The notes under the pieces were generated by a model. The model was not told where the DNA came from. It was given only the letters and a program-made list of their open reading frames with translations, and searched no databases. A stretch of DNA of 46,108 nt from a virus. A program made the translations under genes and the position numbers. The stretch is from the IMG/VR virus record IMGVR_UViG_3300045988_154120, positions 1 to 46,108 of that record. The stretch is one strand, 5' to 3'. Shown one piece after another: positions 32,301-41,700 of this stretch (position 1 is its first letter; every line of letters starts with the position of its first letter).

Positions 32301-33137
32301 TTTATTGATTTTTTCAAACTGTTGAGGGGTTGCATTTACTGTTTTTGTAACACCAGTCCATGCATCCTCAAACTCAATAGCCGTCTTAGTAGCGGCTGCA
32401 ATACCTGCAAAAGATAACATAGACAATGGTTTTACAGTGTTCGCAAACTGTTCTGCTTTTGAACTTACTTTTCCTAACGTATCATACAGTCTTAACAATG
32501 TTTCATTCGTTGAAATGAATGAATTTGACATACCTGCCAATTCATTTTTAAGTCCTAAAGCACCCGCTTTTAAACCTAGATATGTGCGTTGAGAATCTTC
32601 GTATGTACTGCCTAAATCAACCAATACCTTTTTTTGTTCGGCAATGCCTGAAGTACAATCATCCATTGCTTCTTTTAAAGTGACATTTCGTGAAGCTAAT
32701 CTTTGGATAGCACTTTCACCTTGTTCTGCCGAACGCGTACCATTCGCAATAGCTTCTTTCCATGCATTGATTTGTTTATTGTTATCTGTATATTCTTTAT
32801 TCAAAGAATTGAACGTATGAGTGTAATTATCAACAGACTTAGTAGCAGAAGAAACTGCATCGGCCCACTGCTTCTGTGTCTTTGGATAATTCATCAGTTT
32901 CTTGTTATAGACTTCCAATTGCTTAGTTGTGCTTTTGATTTTATCTTGTAACAAGTTCTGATATGTCGCAAAGGACTGAAAATCTCCTTCGTTGAATTTC
33001 ATAGAAGATTTCAGTTTCGACATTGTTTTATCTAATCCTGCTGTTTCGGATTTTATTTTATTAATTGCTTTTTGAAAGCCAGTAGTATCTCCATCAATTT
33101 TTACGGAGATACCTCTTACTTGACTGTAACCTGACAA
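29367..33137 (-). CDS. Tape measure protein (1256 aa, TTG start)
   Basis: It is the largest ORF, has Ala/Gly-rich hydrophobic central segments, follows the G/G-T chaperone and has AGGAGG upstream. Confidence 0.9.
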   Translation of the reverse strand: MSGYSQVRGISVKIDGDTTGFQKAINKIKSETAGLDKTMSKLKSSMKFNEGDFQSFATYQNLLQDKIKSTTKQLEVYNKKLMNYPKTQKQWADAVSSATKSVDNYTHTFNSLNKEYTDNNKQINAWKEAIANGTRSAEQGESAIQRLASRNVTLKEAMDDCTSGIAEQKKVLVDLGSTYEDSQRTYLGLKAGALGLKNELAGMSNSFISTNETLLRLYDTLGKVSSKAEQFANTVKPLSMLSFAGIAAATKTAIEFEDAWTGVTKTVNATPQQFEKINKGLKDLAQNTSSTYQDIAHYAELAGQMGIPTDSIVGFTKTITELGDTTNLVGEEAAQSIAKFSNVMVSQSKKTNTYYSRLGSTIVDLGNKFSTTEADIMDMATRLGVAGKMVGFNSNQVLGLSTALSSLGIEAAAGGSSVSKMLKKIDISVSTGDKNLQKFAEVSGMTSQQFQKAWGEDAAGTFLKFVEGIGKSADVTKTLDELGIKEVRQAQAMGALAQSSDVLANALNVSKNAWNDNTAMANEAEKRYATLKSQLSQTWEAIKQAGNELGQAFTPTLTDLLKIVKKAANAFSNLDEGTQQTIAKMLLLTAAAYPTAKGVSKVAGATQGAVKFFTKAHPGLQKVADGFGDTAKAGELASTSIVSLGKGFVLTHPAITAVTVALGAFAGAVVWADKKRKEAMETANKELAYKDTDYAVTLKVIDGYEKYAKSMSKTKTSMGEIVAQYTQNNKTASHLMKTIEDLNAKESLNATQKTMLAEAVRELNQLYPDLGVEIDENTGKLNLNEDANYKSIDAIKERITQIQEEAKQEALASIAKKNAAAQLKAELKNAELTESINSTTDSLRKLSAEYAAGHISMQDYMNQSSALRESISTLCTDLADSYTKLHETQTQSILQSNYLETQSFEQMGTTMKAQLTDIAAQAAQSGIQIPLGIQEGITNGTANAVEAANYMATLMNMNQLVDEAGTIGGSIPMSVANGILANCGSISEATNAMNNLITLANAVKSAGMSGEQIPTDVATAVANGQMSVSDAVTKMMSDTDPKIKKAGEKMKKESQNSVTGIADVFANDGTTSSAVGKMGGKMEKSLQPHLDGMVTSSAIAYTDIKSNIDKAQKYADDHPITVTHTTIKKTRVVEGDNSKNYFPQSLFNADKPVVDTDIMPMSADAIATYSDISPYASVANATTAIMGGTTSRSGSVGNINLSAITNRLDQMINAIGNCDLTINLQPMQLDGNVVTDTVQEIISIRDMLKSWGNGGS

Positions 33138-33160
33138 TTTTAGTACCTCCTAAAATCTGC

Positions 33161-33777
33161 CTAAAATCTGTCAAAGTCGCTTTGGATTGCTTTACGAATA
33201 CGAATTTTGTTTTTTGAATTATTTACTTTGGACTGCATATTTCCACGCGCAATAATCAAATCAAACAATCTTCCTATGCCCATATCCTCTATTTCATCTA
33301 TTTTTAATCCTAAATTTAATCCACCTAATACTAAATCAGTGTAGCTTACGCTTCTTTTTTTTTATCATCTGAAACCACTTCATCGGATTCATCTTTTACC
33401 GTTGCTTTATTTGCATTGATAATTTGTTCTAGAATTACAACTCCACTCATTACATAGGTTTGATAATCTTCAATTTCATCCACAAAATCTTGGAACGCTT
33501 TTGTTTCTTTTCCATGATATGTGTCATACGTCTTGATACATACCCAAACTAATCTTTCAAAAAATAAAGATCCGTTTGCTTGCAATAAAACGAAATAAGG
33601 ATCTCGATCAGGATTTCCTTCACGAACATTTTTTTCGATAGCTTCACCAAATTTGATTTGCACTTCCTGAATATCCACTAACAAATCTCTGTTGAAACAA
33701 TCTCTATAAATGCTAGCCGTTTTGCCTTTATACAATAAATTATATTTTTTACCATCAATAGTTAATGTCTGTTCCAT
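33161..33777 (-). CDS. Tail assembly chaperone G-T fusion made by a programmed -1 frameshift at the A9 run (33355..33363)
   Basis: The -1 frame is open for 64 codons (RSVSYTDLVLGGLNLGLKIDEIEDMGIGRLFDLIIARGN...) and ends at TAG 33161..33163, just before the tape-measure SD. Confidence 0.55.
33346..33777 (-). CDS. Tail assembly chaperone (gpG-like)
   Basis: It lies between the major tail and tape measure genes and has a slippery A-run at its 3' end. Confidence 0.7.
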   Translation of the reverse strand: MEQTLTIDGKKYNLLYKGKTASIYRDCFNRDLLVDIQEVQIKFGEAIEKNVREGNPDRDPYFVLLQANGSLFFERLVWVCIKTYDTYHGKETKAFQDFVDEIEDYQTYVMSGVVILEQIINANKATVKDESDEVVSDDKKKEA

Positions 33778-33806
33778 ATAACCTCACAAAGAGGGGGTTG
33801 CCCCTC

Positions 33807-34451
33807 TTATAATGTGCTCACTTCCTTTCCATCATCACTTTGTACAACTACTGGTGTACCTTCTTCCTGGCTCACTTCACTAGCTTTTGGACTAGGTAAT
33901 GTTGGAGCAGTTGTAAAGAAACTCTCATAATTTGTATCACCTTTACGACATTTTGACTTTACCCATTGATGATCACCTTGTTCTACAGGAACAGCCGTAA
34001 TATCCATTGATGTTGTTTTTGGATCAGTGCTCTCTTCTTTTGTTTCACCTTCTACATTTGGTCGAGCAAATACAACCTTATAGAAGATATGTTTTGTAGC
34101 ACTTACATCACCTTCAAATTGGAACATCAACGCAACATTATTAGGCAACACATTTGCATCTTCTGCTAAGTTACCTTCTTCTGTTGTCACTGTATTGAAA
34201 ATCATTTTTTCGATTTCTTCAGGAATCTCAGACATTTCCAAATTTCCTGAATATCCATTGTTTGTATTCGTTGTGAAATACGCAGTGTTATCTGCATAAT
34301 ATGTATTTGTATCTCCTTCTGGATCTAGTGTTAATGATTTAGCACCTTTCCATGCAGTAGGCTTACCATATGTAATTGATCCTGCACTTTCTGTAATAGA
34401 ACATACATGTACATTTTTTAGACCGAATCGTACTTTGTTTTTTTCTGCCAT
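33807..34451 (-). CDS. Major tail protein
   Basis: Assigned from position and size (214 aa). Confidence 0.7.
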   Translation of the reverse strand: MAEKNKVRFGLKNVHVCSITESAGSITYGKPTAWKGAKSLTLDPEGDTNTYYADNTAYFTTNTNNGYSGNLEMSEIPEEIEKMIFNTVTTEEGNLAEDANVLPNNVALMFQFEGDVSATKHIFYKVVFARPNVEGETKEESTDPKTTSMDITAVPVEQGDHQWVKSKCRKGDTNYESFFTTAPTLPSPKASEVSQEEGTPVVVQSDDGKEVSTL

Positions 34452-34456
34452 AGTTT

Positions 34457-34867
34457 TTATCCTTTCAAATATTTTTCGATTAAACTTGGCAGTTCCTTGA
34501 TTGCGTTTGTTTCTCCATCCTTCCAGTGTTTGAATGCACGTGTACGTCTAGGAGAATTCCATAAATTATGTCCGTTTTCTAGTAAATGAGTTAATGAGTA
34601 TTCATGGCCACTCGCATAAATAACACCGCGAGTATGAGCTAATTCACGTTCTATCTTATATGTTATAGATCTTTTATATTTGCCCTTTCTGCGTGTGTTT
34701 CTATCTTCTACATTGGCCTTAGCTTTAACAATGTCTTTAGAATCTTTTGTAGTTTCTTCTACTGCTCTATCAATCTGCGCCAAAGAATGCTCTTTATATT
34801 CTTGAATCATCTTTCTGATTTCAGGCCCAAGCTGCGACATATCGCAATATACATCATTGACGGCCAA
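34457..34867 (-). CDS. HK97 gp10-family tail or neck component
   Basis: ...IYASGHEYSLTHLLENGH... resembles the gp10-family motif, and the position fits. Confidence 0.55.
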   Translation of the reverse strand: MAVNDVYCDMSQLGPEIRKMIQEYKEHSLAQIDRAVEETTKDSKDIVKAKANVEDRNTRRKGKYKRSITYKIERELAHTRGVIYASGHEYSLTHLLENGHNLWNSPRRTRAFKHWKDGETNAIKELPSLIEKYLKG

Positions 34868-35198
34868 CTAATGTCACCGTCCATTCAGTACAGTGTACTT
34901 TTTGAGTGTTTATATCTTCATCTGTGATGGTTTGGTATGGTATTTCTAATTCATCAAACATGTCTTCGATTTTAGCTTCTAATTCAAAGTCTTTTTGATC
35001 AGTCACTAATCTATATATGTAAGTTCCAATCTTACAATACGTTCTATTGTCTGCAAAGTAATTATTTGTATAATCCAATGCATAATTCCCATATGGGGTA
35101 TGGGGTTTTGATTTGAAACTGCCATATACAAATTGTCCTTCACCTAAAAGTTCAGTGAATTTAGCAACGATTTGTTGTCTTACCGTTACTGTTTCCAT
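34854..35198 (-). CDS. Head-tail joining protein (114 aa)
   Basis: Assigned from position. Confidence 0.45.
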   Translation of the reverse strand: METVTVRQQIVAKFTELLGEGQFVYGSFKSKPHTPYGNYALDYTNNYFADNRTYCKIGTYIYRLVTDQKDFELEAKIEDMFDELEIPYQTITDEDINTQKVHCTEWTVTLVGRQ

Positions 35199-35521
35199 TC
35201 TCCAGCATCCTGTTGAACATATAGTTCAATCGTATCTCCGGATGGGAATGTACGATACACCGCATACTTTTTATCGTTGTATTTCACTGTCGTTTCATCA
35301 TTGTAATCAATAGTAGGAATAACAAGCTTATACGCTAACTGTATGCCTGCCTGGTAGGCTTCATTAAATTCTTTTGAATAAATTCCACCAACTCGGCAAA
35401 ATACTTCCTTCTCCGTTTCATTAACATGTTCCACACCATCTGCATCCACATATCTTTCTTTTTCAATCAGATATGCCACATCATAATAAAGATTATTCTC
35501 ACGAGTATATTCATATGCCAT
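35186..35521 (-). CDS. Head closure / head-tail adaptor protein
   Basis: Assigned from position. Confidence 0.5.
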   Translation of the reverse strand: MAYEYTRENNLYYDVAYLIEKERYVDADGVEHVNETEKEVFCRVGGIYSKEFNEAYQAGIQLAYKLVIPTIDYNDETTVKYNDKKYAVYRTFPSGDTIELYVQQDAGEWKQ

Positions 35522-35522
35522 A

Positions 35523-35825
35523 CTATTTCACCTTCTTATGGGATTTATCTGTCATAAGAATCTGACGTAAATCCTCATATGTTTTAGCCATTGATTCTTT
35601 ATTTGAAGCATCCGTTGTACCAAATTTTGACATTACATATGCTATTACCGCTACTACAATTTCATCTTCTAAATCATCTTCATCAAATAAGATATTTAAT
35701 CTATCCAAATCGTATAAACATGCATTGATATACGTTTTGATTTCATCATCATAAGCATGTGATTTAGCTCTTGTAGCAGCAGTTCTAACACGTTCTAGAA
35801 GGCTTTCAGAAATATTGAACGCCAT
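35523..35825 (-). CDS. gp6-like head-tail connector
   Basis: It lies directly after the capsid gene and is 100 aa. Confidence 0.5.
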   Translation of the reverse strand: MAFNISESLLERVRTAATRAKSHAYDDEIKTYINACLYDLDRLNILFDEDDLEDEIVVAVIAYVMSKFGTTDASNKESMAKTYEDLRQILMTDKSHKKVK

Positions 35826-35835
35826 TATCTATCAC

Positions 35836-37278
35836 CTAAGCTTTCTTCGCACTGCTTTTTCGAGTGGTTTTCTTAGGCTCATCATCTAATAAAATAGGTT
35901 CTTCATCATTTAATGAATGTGCTTCTGCCTGGCTTTCATCTTTTGTAACATCTCCATTGCTTAAGCTACTTTTTTTTTTTAACAAGAAGATGTATTGAGG
36001 ATCTAATACTTTACCATCATTGATAACTAAAGCCTGAGTTACTTCTTCATTCTTTTCATAATCCCAGTACTTCTTCACACCAAACTGCATATTTGAGTTG
36101 ATTGCATAGGCTTCTTTTCCAACCCAATACATTCCGAAATATTCACCGTTTTGTGCTTCATCAAAATCTTTAAACGTATCGTTTTCAACGAAATTAACTG
36201 TTCTAGCTTTGAATGTTGCACGTTCTGCACCATCAATAGGATTATATGTTTCTGCATAAACAGGGCGATTATTATCGTCGGCCAACGTTTTAATGTTTGC
36301 TTCATATGTAGCAGGAGTCATTACAAACTCTGGTTTTAATTTACGCATTGATAAAGGAATCTTTGCGAACAATTTTGTTTGCCATGATTTCCAATCTTTC
36401 ATTTCTGCTTCCGTAAATTCAATAATGTGATCGGCTTTAATACGTCCTCCACTTACTTTATTAGCTTCTGTTAAAATACCTTCACATTCATTATTTGCAG
36501 AGTTACCTGTTAAAATTTCACGATCCATAGCTTCCAAATAAGCTTCTACAATAACTTTTGCTAATTCAGTTTCGAATGCATTTACAGTCAATACAGTCTG
36601 TAATAATGTACGTGCTAAACGGATTTCACCAATCAGATATCCAAATTGTACAAATTCTGTAACAGAACCGGCTTTTTGACGATCAGACACTGTTGTTTCT
36701 GTGATACGTTTAAATGTAGCCTTGAATGAACCGATAGGATATTTAACACCACCACGGAAATTTGTATGTAATACTGCATTGTATAAGTAACCACGTGATT
36801 TACTTAATTCAGTCATTACTTTCTGAACAATTGTTTCAGGAATTAAAATACCTAGATCGGCTGCTACACCTGCTTCTGCACTACGTTGTCTTAAAACTTC
36901 TGACTGTTTTCCTTTTTGAACGAATTCCATGAATGCACTACGATACTCCATACCGTCTTCCATTCCTTTTTTACGTTCTGACAAGTTTGTAGGCATTGAT
37001 GGATGTGCTTTGCTACGAGCTTGTTCCTGTTGTGTAACAAAAGCTTCATCTTCATCTACAATAGATTTTGCCATAGTATCTAAGAACGCTTGACGTTGTG
37101 CTACCTTGCCTTGTAACTCTTTGTCACGCTTTTGCAAGATATCAAATTCTGCCTGTAACATTTCCAAGTTTGTATTAGGATCGTTTTTGTTGACCTCATC
37201 TTGAATTTCTTTAAATCTTTTTTGAATCTGTTCGTGATTCATTGCATTGAATGCTGCTAGTTGTTGCTCTGTAAACAT
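35836..37278 (-). CDS. Major capsid protein (HK97-like) with an N-terminal coiled-coil delta region and a 43-aa charged C-terminal tail
   Basis: It follows the prohead protease and is 480 aa. Confidence 0.85.
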   Translation of the reverse strand: MFTEQQLAAFNAMNHEQIQKRFKEIQDEVNKNDPNTNLEMLQAEFDILQKRDKELQGKVAQRQAFLDTMAKSIVDEDEAFVTQQEQARSKAHPSMPTNLSERKKGMEDGMEYRSAFMEFVQKGKQSEVLRQRSAEAGVAADLGILIPETIVQKVMTELSKSRGYLYNAVLHTNFRGGVKYPIGSFKATFKRITETTVSDRQKAGSVTEFVQFGYLIGEIRLARTLLQTVLTVNAFETELAKVIVEAYLEAMDREILTGNSANNECEGILTEANKVSGGRIKADHIIEFTEAEMKDWKSWQTKLFAKIPLSMRKLKPEFVMTPATYEANIKTLADDNNRPVYAETYNPIDGAERATFKARTVNFVENDTFKDFDEAQNGEYFGMYWVGKEAYAINSNMQFGVKKYWDYEKNEEVTQALVINDGKVLDPQYIFLLKKKSSLSNGDVTKDESQAEAHSLNDEEPILLDDEPKKTTRKSSAKKA

Positions 37279-37889
37279 TAATTAATAGCCTCCTTAATCT
37301 GCAACAACAAACTCAGTCTTTCTCGTTTCTTTTCATTTTCTTTTTTAACCCGTTCCTCATCCATTAAAGACTTTGCCCTTGCTTCAATAGATGTTTGATC
37401 GTTTGCAGGAATCGACACTGCTGAAACATCATAAATTTTTGATACTTTACGTGTTGTCCACGTCTTTGTATCCCTATTATATGATTCCTCATCCACCATG
37501 TATCTCCATGACATCTGAGTCACCATTCCTGCCTGAATACTGTCGTACAAGCGCTTGGCCGCTTCTGTTCTTCCTAAGTCTGCTGCAACAAACAATCCAT
37601 GTTCATCTACTTCAACAATAAGTGAACCATTACTTGTACGTGCATATACCATTCCTCCATGATCAAATTGGAAGATGATATCACTCATATCAGCGTTATC
37701 CAAACTTGAACGCTCAATCAACTCATATACATCATTACCTTCGTAATCTCGATAAAGCACATAAGGTTCAAATGTAGTAGCATATCCTTCAACATAGTAC
37801 TGAGTATCAATCCGTTTATTTTCCGTCACCGGGTTCATTTGGAACGGGATCGAGCGCATTTGGATTTTGCTGTGGTTCGGTTTCCCCAT
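37278..37889 (-). CDS. Prohead protease (HK97 family)
   Basis: It lies between the portal and capsid genes and contains YVEGYATTFEPY. Confidence 0.7.
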   Translation of the reverse strand: MGKPNHSKIQMRSIPFQMNPVTENKRIDTQYYVEGYATTFEPYVLYRDYEGNDVYELIERSSLDNADMSDIIFQFDHGGMVYARTSNGSLIVEVDEHGLFVAADLGRTEAAKRLYDSIQAGMVTQMSWRYMVDEESYNRDTKTWTTRKVSKIYDVSAVSIPANDQTSIEARAKSLMDEERVKKENEKKRERLSLLLQIKEAIN

Positions 37890-39090
37890 TGTAACTAATT
37901 CCTCCTTGATTTGATTTAGTTACCTGGATATATTCACCTCGAATAAAACGTTTCTTACCTTCATCATCTGGTAAAGGCGCTTTGTTCATGATATTTAATG
38001 CCCCATTCGTATCAATCATTCCTCTATCGAACATTTGAGTCGCAACATTTAATTTTGTTTGTGTCGAATCATACTGTAAACGATCGCTTGTAAGAATGAT
38101 TTCACTACCATTCATAATCTGATTTACGGAATATAGCATTCCACTCAACACTTCTCCAACTTCAATAAAGAATGGTTCAATAATTGATTCATAAAATGCA
38201 TTCCATTCATCAGGTTTATATTTATTTTGTAAAATAGCTTCACTAATTCCAAAATAGCTATATACACTATTTTCAATTGCTTGCTTCTGCTTGGCATCCA
38301 CTAATAGTGGTTTACTTTCAATCGGTTTTACTTCATCAAAACGATTATCAACAAGGAATACACCTGTTTCATTCTTGTTCAGGTTATTTCTCAAGATCAT
38401 GTTTTGTTGTTCTTTATAATCCTCATCATCGTCAATTGGTGTTGAAATTTTAGCTAAGAATCGAACAATAGAACTCGACTTGATTGCATTGATTGCTCCT
38501 TCTTCCTGAGCAAGCATCAATTTAGCTGTTGTATCAAATGCATCATTAGTATCACCAAAGTAATCATTTTTATACTGCATTTGCCTTAAATGCCCTACTT
38601 TGCTATATTCAATCAATTTTGTTTCGCCATAGATGAAATTAAAATAAATATAAACTACACCATTGATTTCTTTTAACTGACACTGACTTGGTACTGCTGG
38701 CCACAATCCCTTTATCATTCCATATTCATCTTCAATTGGAATAATGAAAGCATTGTTTTCTGCAAAATATATAGTTGCCAGCCTTTTGTAAAATTGACTA
38801 GCTGTCATATAAGGATTTGGCTTTTTCTTAACCAAATAGTTATATATCTTGCTTTTGTATTCTTGGTTTGTAAGTTCAGGTGAAGCCTTTCCGCATGATG
38901 TAGCAATTCGATTGATACATGCTCTGCATAGTCCAATCTCATATATTCCACCATCATAGGATGAATACACTGGTGAATATCCACCTAAGCTTGCAAACAT
39001 TGAATGTAATTGATTTTGTTTAGGTGCTGGCTTATTTAGTCCTAATAGACTTCCTAGCAAACCAAATCTTTTTCTTCTGCTTTTAGCCAC
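37816..39090 (-). CDS. Portal protein (HK97 family)
   Basis: It follows TerL and is 424 aa. Confidence 0.85.
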   Translation of the reverse strand: MAKSRRKRFGLLGSLLGLNKPAPKQNQLHSMFASLGGYSPVYSSYDGGIYEIGLCRACINRIATSCGKASPELTNQEYKSKIYNYLVKKKPNPYMTASQFYKRLATIYFAENNAFIIPIEDEYGMIKGLWPAVPSQCQLKEINGVVYIYFNFIYGETKLIEYSKVGHLRQMQYKNDYFGDTNDAFDTTAKLMLAQEEGAINAIKSSSIVRFLAKISTPIDDDEDYKEQQNMILRNNLNKNETGVFLVDNRFDEVKPIESKPLLVDAKQKQAIENSVYSYFGISEAILQNKYKPDEWNAFYESIIEPFFIEVGEVLSGMLYSVNQIMNGSEIILTSDRLQYDSTQTKLNVATQMFDRGMIDTNGALNIMNKAPLPDDEGKKRFIRGEYIQVTKSNQGGISYNGETEPQQNPNALDPVPNEPGDGK

Positions 39091-40748
39091 TAATTCACCT
39101 TCCTTTTCTTGTTTTCAAGGCGGTATTTAAATGTATCCCACCATTTTTGTCTTACTGTATATGCATCAATAACAGATGCATATCCGTCAATATGTTTTCT
39201 TGGATCAGTTTTAATCATGCGAACACGATTGTCCTCCGCAACTTTCTTTAATGCCACACTAGACATGTGTGCTTGTAAAAGTCCATTTGTTCCTGTATGA
39301 ACAAATCCATCTCTTACATATCCTGTAAATTCATTAATAACCGGTGTAAGGTTAGTTCCCTGAATGACATCATCCATCTTGTATCCATATTTCTTCATAT
39401 CATCCACAAGATACTGAGCCGAATAACGGTCATATCCAACGACTACACAATAAATCTTGTATTTCTTACGTAGCATTTCAAACCATTCCGTAACATCTTC
39501 ATACCGTACAAAATTTTCCCCACTTGGACTTAAATATCCCAATTGAATAAATCTTGTATATGGTATTTTGTCTCTTTCTTCTAACTCCTTAATTTTTAAT
39601 GTTGGAAGCCAAAAATGAGTAAATATGTAGTCCTGCTCTTGAATTCGTATAACTACAGATGCGGCTGTTAAATCGGTTGTTTGTGACAAGTCAATTCCAC
39701 CAACTGCATATGTATGTGCAAAATCTTCAAATCTAAGTTCTTCACCTTTAACTTTGTTAATATCTTCTGCACTAAATAACGCTTCCGTTGAATTCTGTTT
39801 GATATTCGCATACTTTGTTATGAATTCAGCCTTATATGTAGGTGAGCTATGTGCTTTTAAAATTTCATTCTGCAAATATTCATAAGAAACCGATATTCCA
39901 AGGTTTGGCATTGCTTTTCTTAATTCAATAGGATCATCCCATTTTTGAATATCATCAATCATATAAAAGAAAGGCAACATTTGTTTTTCATCAGACGTAC
40001 CAAGTAAAACAGATGTTCCACGAACAAATAATTCATCATATAATCCTTCATCAATATAGTTTGCGGTACTTACAGGAATATAAAGTGGATCAGGTCTTGC
40101 ACCACCTGCCGACAACATTACGTTGTACATTTTCATACCCGCTTCACCTTCCCAGGCTGCAAACTCATCAAAGATTGTCAAATATGGGTTAAATCCGTCT
40201 GACTTCTTAGATGCAAAGGCAATTGGCTCCCATCTACAGTTGTTCTGTTTCATGTAGATATCTGTTCTACGTTTTTTCACTCTTTGACTCAACGCTTTAG
40301 AGTGTTCCATCATTTGATACAGAACGTTGTAAATGATCTGCGCTTGTTTTAACTTTGGCGCTATATTGTATATCTGCATACCTGCTTCATCAGACGTGAA
40401 TCCAACATCAAGTTCAATACCTGCACAAATAAATGATTTTCCTTGTTTTCGGCCCATGACCGTAGGTATTTCACGAAACTGCCTTTTTCCATTCTTATCA
40501 ACAAGTCCGAATATGCACGCAATATAGTATTTTTGCCAAGGCTCAAGCTTCACTTTTGTTGTTTTTCCTTCTACGTGATGACAAAACGTTTCAATAAACG
40601 CTATATGCATTTCTGCTTTTTTCTCATCATAGAAGAAATCTCCATTTGCTAAACCTCTTTCAACATATTGAAGATTAAGCTTTATCCACTTACCGACTAC
40701 ATCTTCACCCGATTTAATACGTTCTTTATAAATGTCTAGATATTTCAT
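39090..40748 (-). CDS. terL: Terminase large subunit
   Basis: A Walker A-like MGRKQGKS motif is present, it is 552 aa, and it overlaps TerS by 4 nt. Confidence 0.9.
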   Translation of the reverse strand: MKYLDIYKERIKSGEDVVGKWIKLNLQYVERGLANGDFFYDEKKAEMHIAFIETFCHHVEGKTTKVKLEPWQKYYIACIFGLVDKNGKRQFREIPTVMGRKQGKSFICAGIELDVGFTSDEAGMQIYNIAPKLKQAQIIYNVLYQMMEHSKALSQRVKKRRTDIYMKQNNCRWEPIAFASKKSDGFNPYLTIFDEFAAWEGEAGMKMYNVMLSAGGARPDPLYIPVSTANYIDEGLYDELFVRGTSVLLGTSDEKQMLPFFYMIDDIQKWDDPIELRKAMPNLGISVSYEYLQNEILKAHSSPTYKAEFITKYANIKQNSTEALFSAEDINKVKGEELRFEDFAHTYAVGGIDLSQTTDLTAASVVIRIQEQDYIFTHFWLPTLKIKELEERDKIPYTRFIQLGYLSPSGENFVRYEDVTEWFEMLRKKYKIYCVVVGYDRYSAQYLVDDMKKYGYKMDDVIQGTNLTPVINEFTGYVRDGFVHTGTNGLLQAHMSSVALKKVAEDNRVRMIKTDPRKHIDGYASVIDAYTVRQKWWDTFKYRLENKKRKVN

Positions 40749-41119
40749 TTAAATCTGCTCATGAACTCATCCAATTCATCACCTTTTTTTCCGGATACTT
40801 CTGTTGTTTTTGAAAGTGAAGTAGGTGACAAGCCAAGTTCTTTGCAGTACTTCATGATCTGATCACGTAATTGAACGGTAATAATGTAGTATGGCGAGCG
40901 TGATAAATTCGTTGCACCGCCCTTGTTCGTATATTCAACAACCATCTGTAGTGATTTGTAGCCATTTGCTTTACTTGAATCTCTCCATTGCTTCATTGTT
41001 GAATCATATTGGGCCAATGCATCTGCAAGTGAATCAACCGCAACCGAATATTCAGGAGAAAATGTGCCTAAATTCTCTAGTTGTGAATTGATTCTTTTTT
41101 TCCATGCTCCTTTTTGCAT
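40745..41119 (-). CDS. terS: Terminase small subunit (P27 family-like)
   Basis: Assigned from position, size (124 aa) and its association with an HNH gene. Confidence 0.65.
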   Translation of the reverse strand: MQKGAWKKRINSQLENLGTFSPEYSVAVDSLADALAQYDSTMKQWRDSSKANGYKSLQMVVEYTNKGGATNLSRSPYYIITVQLRDQIMKYCKELGLSPTSLSKTTEVSGKKGDELDEFMSRFK

Positions 41120-41520
41120 TCATCATCCTCCCTTCCACATCCTATAAGCATTCCGTTTTCATCAAACTCAAAAGATGGTTTACGTTTGGAATGTTCTTCT
41201 GCATGACATAAGTCACACAACGCTTCCAAATTAGAATCGCCAAATAGAATGTGTACATCTCTATAGTTGTCCTGGTCAATGTGCACTTTGTGGTGCACGC
41301 AAGTCGACCTGGTATAGATACCTTTTTTCAAACATCTTTCACAAAGTGGATGTGCCTTTCTATACGCTTTGCTTTTCTTTTCCCAAGCCTTGCTTGAGTA
41401 AAATTTTCTAGCATAATTTCTAGCACCTGTTTTTGTTGCTTCTGAACCATAATATTTTTTCATATCGCTACATTCAAAGTTTTGACCATAACTACAGTTA
41501 ACAGATTTAAAGGACGACAA
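41077..41520 (-). CDS. HNH endonuclease (tracked TTG start at 41520; the ATG at 41463 is more likely)
   Basis: CERC...CVHHKVHID...N...LCDLCHAEEH is an HNH motif. It lies next to the terminase genes, as in HNH-assisted cos packaging. Confidence 0.85.
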   Translation of the reverse strand: MSSFKSVNCSYGQNFECSDMKKYYGSEATKTGARNYARKFYSSKAWEKKSKAYRKAHPLCERCLKKGIYTRSTCVHHKVHIDQDNYRDVHILFGDSNLEALCDLCHAEEHSKRKPSFEFDENGMLIGCGREDDECKKEHGKKESIHN

Positions 41521-41561
41521 AAACTAACAGTAAATACTTTGAATGCAGTGATATGAAAAAA
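41455..41561. repeat. 26-bp inverted repeat (24/26 identity) enclosing the 5' end of the HNH gene
   Basis: The arms are 41455..41480 (TTTTTTCATATCGCTACATTCAAAGT) and 41536..41561 (ACTTTGAATGCAGTGATATGAAAAAA). Confidence 0.6.
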
Positions 41562-41681
41562 GACCCATGTTTCCACAGATCTTTTTTCAACGGGCACTAA
41601 AATGAAACAATCCAAGAACTACCTTGTTTGTTCTAGAAGATGTTTTCCAATCTTCACGACTACAGAATATCACGGTTTTTC

Positions 41682-41700
41682 TTTGTACACTGTACAAAAT
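41682..41700. promoter_or_regulatory. Copy 2 of TTTGTACACTGTACAAAAT, upstream of the packaging/structural operon
   Basis: Identical to 19495..19513. Confidence 0.6.

Noticed and set aside
36075-36305. Same-strand internal ORFs within larger genes: 36075..36305 in the capsid, 27986..28210 in Tal, 40361..40546 in TerL and 43309..43518 opposite ardA.
   Set aside because: They are alternative frames inside well-supported genes, with no SD and odd composition.
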